A DNA stretch of 64,000 bases from an uncultured Gammaproteobacteria bacterium (lineage in GTDB: Bacteria; Pseudomonadota; Gammaproteobacteria; UBA9214): positions 480,001 to 544,000 of the forward strand of contig CAVVHS010000006.1 of NCBI GenBank assembly GCA_963748215.1. The letters are read 5' to 3'. Numbering within the stretch: the first letter of the stretch is position 1; every line of letters starts with the position of its first letter. Of this stretch, positions 59,494-64,000 are shown in pieces. The position numbers and the translations under genes were made by a program. The notes under the pieces are model-generated. The model was not told the DNA's origin. It saw nothing but the letters and a program-made list of their open reading frames with translations, and searched no databases.

Positions 59494-60009
59494 TCAGGGG
59501 AACGCGGGTATGACCGGCTCGGTGCCCTCGATGTGGGCTTCCGGGTGGTGGCTCTTGACCAGATCGGTGATATCCTCGACGCGGGATTTCGGTACATCCA
59601 CCATCATCAGCAGTTCACCTTTCTTGATTGCGGCCTCGAACTCTTTCAGCCGCGAACTCGGCGCTGAAATGCCGATCATGCTGGACATCCACGCCCCGAG
59701 ACCGGCGCCTGCCAGGCCGATGCCGAGTATGGCACCGCCTCCCAGCGCCAGGCCGAGCCCGGGTATCGCCACTGCCGCGATGCCGGCCATGATGCCGGTT
59801 GCACCACCCACCGCCAGGCCCCGTTCCACGGATGGCACGAAGTCGCTCTCCTGCAACAGGCCGGCCTCCGGCAGGTGTGCCTCGATCAGGGCATGGTGAT
59901 CGGCAGCCGCGATGTGGATATGGCGTTCGTCAATACGCGCCAGTAACAGTTCATCGACGATCAGCTTGGCACTGTCGATGGTCGGTATCAGAAAATACAA
60001 CCTTCTCAC
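59494..60009 (-). CDS. DUF1269-like membrane protein
   Basis: MRRLYFLIP...ERHIH, glycine-rich TM hairpin, FEAAIKKGELLMMVDVP; GGAGG Shine-Dalgarno. Confidence 0.8.
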   Translation of the reverse strand: MRRLYFLIPTIDSAKLIVDELLLARIDERHIHIAAADHHALIEAHLPEAGLLQESDFVPSVERGLAVGGATGIMAGIAAVAIPGLGLALGGGAILGIGLAGAGLGAWMSSMIGISAPSSRLKEFEAAIKKGELLMMVDVPKSRVEDITDLVKSHHPEAHIEGTEPVIPAFP

Positions 60010-60153
60010 GGGCTACCTCCTTGCCTGAGTACGGCATTGATATAGATTGTTTTGATTGATCTCGATATCAAGCTTATCTTATATGATATTTATAGAACAG
60101 GGGGTCGGCACGCGCCAGCGAAAACATCAAAATTCTTCTTATTATTTTGTGCC

Positions 60154-60795
60154 TTACAGGCGGCCCCGGCATCTGGTGATCAGCCTGCCGGCGCATTGCT
60201 CCAGATAGTCCCCGGGCGTATCCACGTCGGCGTGTTCCGGCAGACATACCCAATCCAGCCCGTGACGATGGCACTGTGCGAGGGTTGTTTCAAGCACCTG
60301 CGGTGTGCCCCAGGCGATGTCATCGAACAGACAGCGGTGATGCCCGGACATGCCGACCAGGTAATAACCGCCGTCCGTCGCCGGTCCGAGCACCACATCC
60401 GCGCCGGCGGCCAGCGCTGCGATGGCGGCATCGATATCCCCGGCGTCGAGCGCCGGACAATCCGCACCAATCAGCACCGCATGACGCGCCGCCTGCAGGA
60501 CGCTGTCCAGCGCCTGCGACATGCGCATGCCCAGGTTGCCTGCTGCCTGCTGACGCAGTACCAGCGGGTAACGCTCGCGACAATGCTGGAAGTGTGCGTG
60601 TTGCATATCAGGTGTGCACCACAATTCCACCGGACAGAGATCAGCATCGACCGCCTTGCCAAGGGTGTCGTCCAGCATGTCCGCATACAGTTCCGCGGCG
60701 GCCCCGGCACCAAGCAACGGGATCAGCCGGGTCTTCACCTGGCCCGGCACGGGCGCCTTGCTGAAGACCAGTAGCCGGGCCCGGGGAAACTTCAT
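60154..60795 (-). CDS. TIGR04282-family arsenosugar biosynthesis glycosyltransferase-like protein
   Basis: FSKAPVPGQVKTRL, LGMRM, IGADCP, LGPATDGGYYLVG, DVDTPGD. Confidence 0.9.
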   Translation of the reverse strand: MKFPRARLLVFSKAPVPGQVKTRLIPLLGAGAAAELYADMLDDTLGKAVDADLCPVELWCTPDMQHAHFQHCRERYPLVLRQQAAGNLGMRMSQALDSVLQAARHAVLIGADCPALDAGDIDAAIAALAAGADVVLGPATDGGYYLVGMSGHHRCLFDDIAWGTPQVLETTLAQCHRHGLDWVCLPEHADVDTPGDYLEQCAGRLITRCRGRL

Positions 60796-61496
60796 GCGCG
60801 ATGCACGGTGTAGAAACGTGCCAGGCGTTGCGGGGCGATGCCGAGAAAATAGCCCAGTCGCAGGCCCCACATGGTGAAGATGGTGCGCAGCACGCCGTGT
60901 TTTTCCCAACGCCGCGACGAACTGAGCAACGGCGTGGCGATCTGCACCGGCCGTCCCAGCTGCCTCAGGCGGCGACTCAGCGTGATGTCTTCCATGATCG
61001 GCAGTTGCGGAAAGCCGCCGGCCTGATCGTACAGTTTGCGTTCTACGAAAATGCCCTGGTCACCGGTGGCGATGCCGGTCAGGCGCGAGCGCCGGTTCAT
61101 CAGCCAGGCCACGCAGGCAAGCAGCCGGTGTCCACCCGACAGTTGCACATCGAACCAGCCCCACGCGGTGTGACCCGCGGCCAGTGAGTCGTGAATCAGG
61201 GAATCGGCTTCCGCCGGCGCCAGCGTGTCGGCATGCAGAAACCAGAGAATGGAACCTTTTGCAGCAAGCGCGCCGGCGTGCATTTGCACAGCCCGTCCGG
61301 ATGCGGTTTGCAATATGCGGTCCGCCATTGACGCGGCCTTCGCCAGGCTGTCATCCGTGCTGCCACCATCCACTACGATGACCTCGTGGCCATGATGGCG
61401 CAGCGGTTGCAGGCGGCGCAGGGTTTGCGACAGTATGCCGGCCTCGTTCAATACCGGGACGATGACCGAGATTATTGCGCGCTCAGCAACAGCCAC
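60792..61496 (-). CDS. TIGR04283-family arsenosugar biosynthesis GT2 glycosyltransferase
   Basis: SVIVPVLNEA, VDGGSTD, GRAVQMHAGA, FLHADT, TGDQGIF, IMED, SSRRW. Confidence 0.9.
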   Translation of the reverse strand: MAVAERAIISVIVPVLNEAGILSQTLRRLQPLRHHGHEVIVVDGGSTDDSLAKAASMADRILQTASGRAVQMHAGALAAKGSILWFLHADTLAPAEADSLIHDSLAAGHTAWGWFDVQLSGGHRLLACVAWLMNRRSRLTGIATGDQGIFVERKLYDQAGGFPQLPIMEDITLSRRLRQLGRPVQIATPLLSSSRRWEKHGVLRTIFTMWGLRLGYFLGIAPQRLARFYTVHRA

Positions 61497-62592
61497 GGTT
61501 TGTTTGCTGTGTTGAACAGCAGCCGTCGGCCGCAGGATCTGCTGGCGTACTGCAGTCCGCCGGCGTGTCTGAGAGCTCGATAAACGCACCGCCGTATGCC
61601 GGTTGCAGCAGCAGCTGCGCCGTGCCGTCGGTAACGGTCCGCCGCTCGCCGCGTTGCCAGTCAGCGCCGTCGTCGCCGGTCACCGCGGCAAACGGTCCGC
61701 GATACAGGAGCTCGCGGCCGGCGCCCGGCGCCGCGACCGGCTGCGGCTTGAGCGCTGTCAGCGTCACCGAGCGAAAGGTAATGCCATCGATGACGCGCCA
61801 TGGCCGGGCGTCCCACTTGTCGTAGCACACCGCAGTAAAACCGGCATCGGCGAAGGCCGTGAGCATTTCCTGTTCCTGGAATGACCCGGAGATGCAACCG
61901 CTCCACAACTCGGGATCCTGTTTCATGGCAGGCGTGATGATGCGGTCGCTTATGATATCCGCGATCGCAATACGTCCGCCGGGTTTCAGCACGCGAAAGA
62001 TTTCATCGACGAGCTGCTGCTTGTCGCCGTCGTCGACCAGGTTGAGCACGCAGTTCGAGATCACCAGGTCGACGGATTCGCTGGCCACCAGTGGGCGTTC
62101 CCTGCGCTGCAGCTGCTCCCAGCCGGCGAGCGCGAGATAATCGGCATGAGATCTGACCGGATGTTGCGCCAGGCGGGACGACAGCGCGTCGACGTCAAGC
62201 GCCAGGTCCTGGATGCGGCCTTTCAGGAAGCTGACGCGGTTGCCGCCAAGCCGGGCCGCCATTGCGTCCTGGTGCCGCCGCGCCAGCACCAGCATGTCGT
62301 CGTTCATGTCGACGCCGATGACATGACCGCTGTCGCCAACCAGTTGCGCGGCCATGTAGCAGATCTTGCCACCACCGGAACCGAGGTCAAGCACCACGTC
62401 GCCTTCCCGCACGTAACGAGAAGGATCGCCGCAGCCGTAGTCCCGCTCGATGATTTCCTGCGGCAGGATGGCCAACAGGCCGGAGTCGTAATCGACCGGG
62501 CAGCACAGCGCCTCCACCCGCGCCTGTGCGCCCTCCGAGTAGCGTTGCAGGACACTGTTTTCAACATTCATGCTCATGTCTTCATCCGTCAT
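61483..62592 (-). CDS. arsM: ArsM-like SAM-dependent arsenite methyltransferase
   Basis: LCCPVDY, DYGCGDP, LDLGSGGG, SNCVLNL, WSGCISG; Cys-pair C-terminus. Confidence 0.8.
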   Translation of the reverse strand: MTDEDMSMNVENSVLQRYSEGAQARVEALCCPVDYDSGLLAILPQEIIERDYGCGDPSRYVREGDVVLDLGSGGGKICYMAAQLVGDSGHVIGVDMNDDMLVLARRHQDAMAARLGGNRVSFLKGRIQDLALDVDALSSRLAQHPVRSHADYLALAGWEQLQRRERPLVASESVDLVISNCVLNLVDDGDKQQLVDEIFRVLKPGGRIAIADIISDRIITPAMKQDPELWSGCISGSFQEQEMLTAFADAGFTAVCYDKWDARPWRVIDGITFRSVTLTALKPQPVAAPGAGRELLYRGPFAAVTGDDGADWQRGERRTVTDGTAQLLLQPAYGGAFIELSDTPADCSTPADPAADGCCSTQQTNRGCC

Positions 62593-62601
62593 GGTTGATA
62601 G

Positions 62602-63564
62602 TCACTCAAGTGCCCCGCCGCAGCTCGAACCCTGGCCCGCGGTACAGCCGTAGCAGTGCTGCGCCACCCGCACCGGGCAGCCCTCGAGGTTCTGGTCCCG
62701 CAGCTCGCTGATATGCAGCCGCGGCCGTTCGTCGATCTGCAGGGGCATATCAAGCATCTGGTTGAAGTCGCAGTCGTAGACGTAGCCCTGCCAGTCGATG
62801 CTGATCAGTGATCGGCACATCACCGCGGCGAGATTCTCGTCCCGGTGCGCCTCCCTGAGCAGCCGCAGGTAGCCGTTGAACTCACCACGGCTGATCAGCG
62901 TGCTGCCGAAACGCATGATGGGCATATTGGCCAGTGTCAGCAAACGGCTGAAGACCACGCCATACTCGTCCGCAAGATGGCGCCGGTAATCGGCCTCCAG
63001 TGCCTGTTGCGGGGGCGGCAATGTGGCGCCCTGCGGATTGTAGACCAGGTCGAGCTCGAGGCCAGAACCGGCCCGGCCGTAGCCCAGCGTATTCAGCAGC
63101 CGCAGTGCCTCAATACTCTTGCCGAACACCCCGTCGCCGCGTTGCGCATCCACGTTGTCTTCAAGATAGCAGGGCAAGGAAGCAACCACCTTGACGGCAT
63201 GTTCGGCAAGAAAGCGGGCCGTATCCTGCTGTCCTGCCTCGAACAGTACGGTCAGGTTGCAACGGTCGATGACACCGAGACCGCGGCTTCGCGCGGCTTC
63301 GACCAGTACACGGAAATGCGGATTGAGTTCAGGCGCGCCGCCGGTCAGGTCCAGCGTCTCGATGCTGCCTGCATCGAGGAAGTCGATGACGGCACTCGCC
63401 GTTGTGCTGTCCATGACCTCGGTACGCCCGGGACCGGCGTTGACATGGCAGTGCAGGCAGCTCTGGTTGCAGCGATAGCCCAGGTTGACCTGCAGGGTTT
63501 GCAGGCGCGCGCGCGGAAGTGGCGGGAAGTCTGTCTCGCTCAGCAGTGGCAGGGTTGCGTGCAT
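62602..63564 (-). CDS. arsS: arsenosugar biosynthesis radical SAM protein ArsS
   Basis: LQVNLGYRCNQSCLHCHV, ASLPCY, VMCR, YDCDFNQML, HCYGCTAGQGSSCGGAL. Confidence 0.93.
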   Translation of the reverse strand: MHATLPLLSETDFPPLPRARLQTLQVNLGYRCNQSCLHCHVNAGPGRTEVMDSTTASAVIDFLDAGSIETLDLTGGAPELNPHFRVLVEAARSRGLGVIDRCNLTVLFEAGQQDTARFLAEHAVKVVASLPCYLEDNVDAQRGDGVFGKSIEALRLLNTLGYGRAGSGLELDLVYNPQGATLPPPQQALEADYRRHLADEYGVVFSRLLTLANMPIMRFGSTLISRGEFNGYLRLLREAHRDENLAAVMCRSLISIDWQGYVYDCDFNQMLDMPLQIDERPRLHISELRDQNLEGCPVRVAQHCYGCTAGQGSSCGGALE

Positions 63565-63587
63565 GGTCTGTCCGTATTCATCCAGGT

Positions 63588-64000
63588 TCAGGGCAACAGC
63601 CGGTTCATGCACCAGGCCAGCAGGCGCAGCTTGCGCGACTGCAGCAGGTGCGCATATTGCCTGTTGACGGTGCGTCGATGTAGCTGTGCGTAGGTCGGGT
63701 AGGCGTGTATCAGTTCGCTGATATCCCTGGCCCTGGCATTGACCTGCATGGCCAGCGCAAGTTCATGAATCAGTTCACCCGCCTGCGGGCCGACAATGCT
63801 GGCGCCGATGATCCGCCCCTTGCTGATCAGCAGGCGGCTGAAGCCGCTGTCGATGCCGGCGGTGATGGCGCGGTCGATCTCGCGTACCGGAAACTCGACG
63901 GTATCATAGCGTATCCCCCGCTCATCCGCCCCCGCACGGTCCAGGCCGACCGTGGCCACCTCGGGATCGGTGTAGACCACGCGCGGCACCACCCGGTAAT
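63588..64000 (-). CDS. FAD-dependent pyridine nucleotide-disulfide oxidoreductase (mercuric reductase/LpdA-like), C-terminal part
   Basis: VPRVVYTDPEVATVG, GPQAGELIHE, IHAYPT dimerisation domain; 5' end lies outside the window. Confidence 0.85.
   Translation of the reverse strand, partial: YRVVPRVVYTDPEVATVGLDRAGADERGIRYDTVEFPVREIDRAITAGIDSGFSRLLISKGRIIGASIVGPQAGELIHELALAMQVNARARDISELIHAYPTYAQLHRRTVNRQYAHLLQSRKLRLLAWCMNRLLP

Noticed and set aside
62602-62640. Selenocysteine recoding in ArsS
   Set aside because: The C-terminal motif is encoded with Cys; the only UGA is the terminal stop after GGALE.

Overview
GC-rich chromosomal segment, most likely from a gammaproteobacterium; several genes suggest a sulfur oxidiser (inference). 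The right half holds the conserved housekeeping block serS-DUF190-crcB-rarA-lolA-ftsK-ald / trxB-GNAT-aat-infA / clpA-clpS-icd / nudJ-mnmA-hflD-acnA-purB. The right end carries an arsenosugar-type cluster (FAD oxidoreductase, arsS, arsM-like, TIGR04283- and TIGR04282-type glycosyltransferases). The left end carries a tightly coupled five-gene unit: a CCAEP-tail (ArsL-like) radical SAM enzyme, an alpha/beta hydrolase, a glycerophosphodiesterase, a G3P oxidase and a divergent FGGY kinase. This unit is the best candidate for an undescribed system, possibly organoarsenical or arsenolipid metabolism. Other notable items are a FisR-like sigma54 activator with an altered GAFTGA loop, an orphan membrane-anchored XkdW-like phage protein, an asparaginase missing its catalytic core, three composite intergenic repeat elements (one nested four to five layers deep), and a metH with about 11 inserted bases that look like a consensus artefact. 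I saw no rRNA, tRNA, CRISPR, transposase or prophage. All family assignments come from motif recognition by eye, not from database searches.
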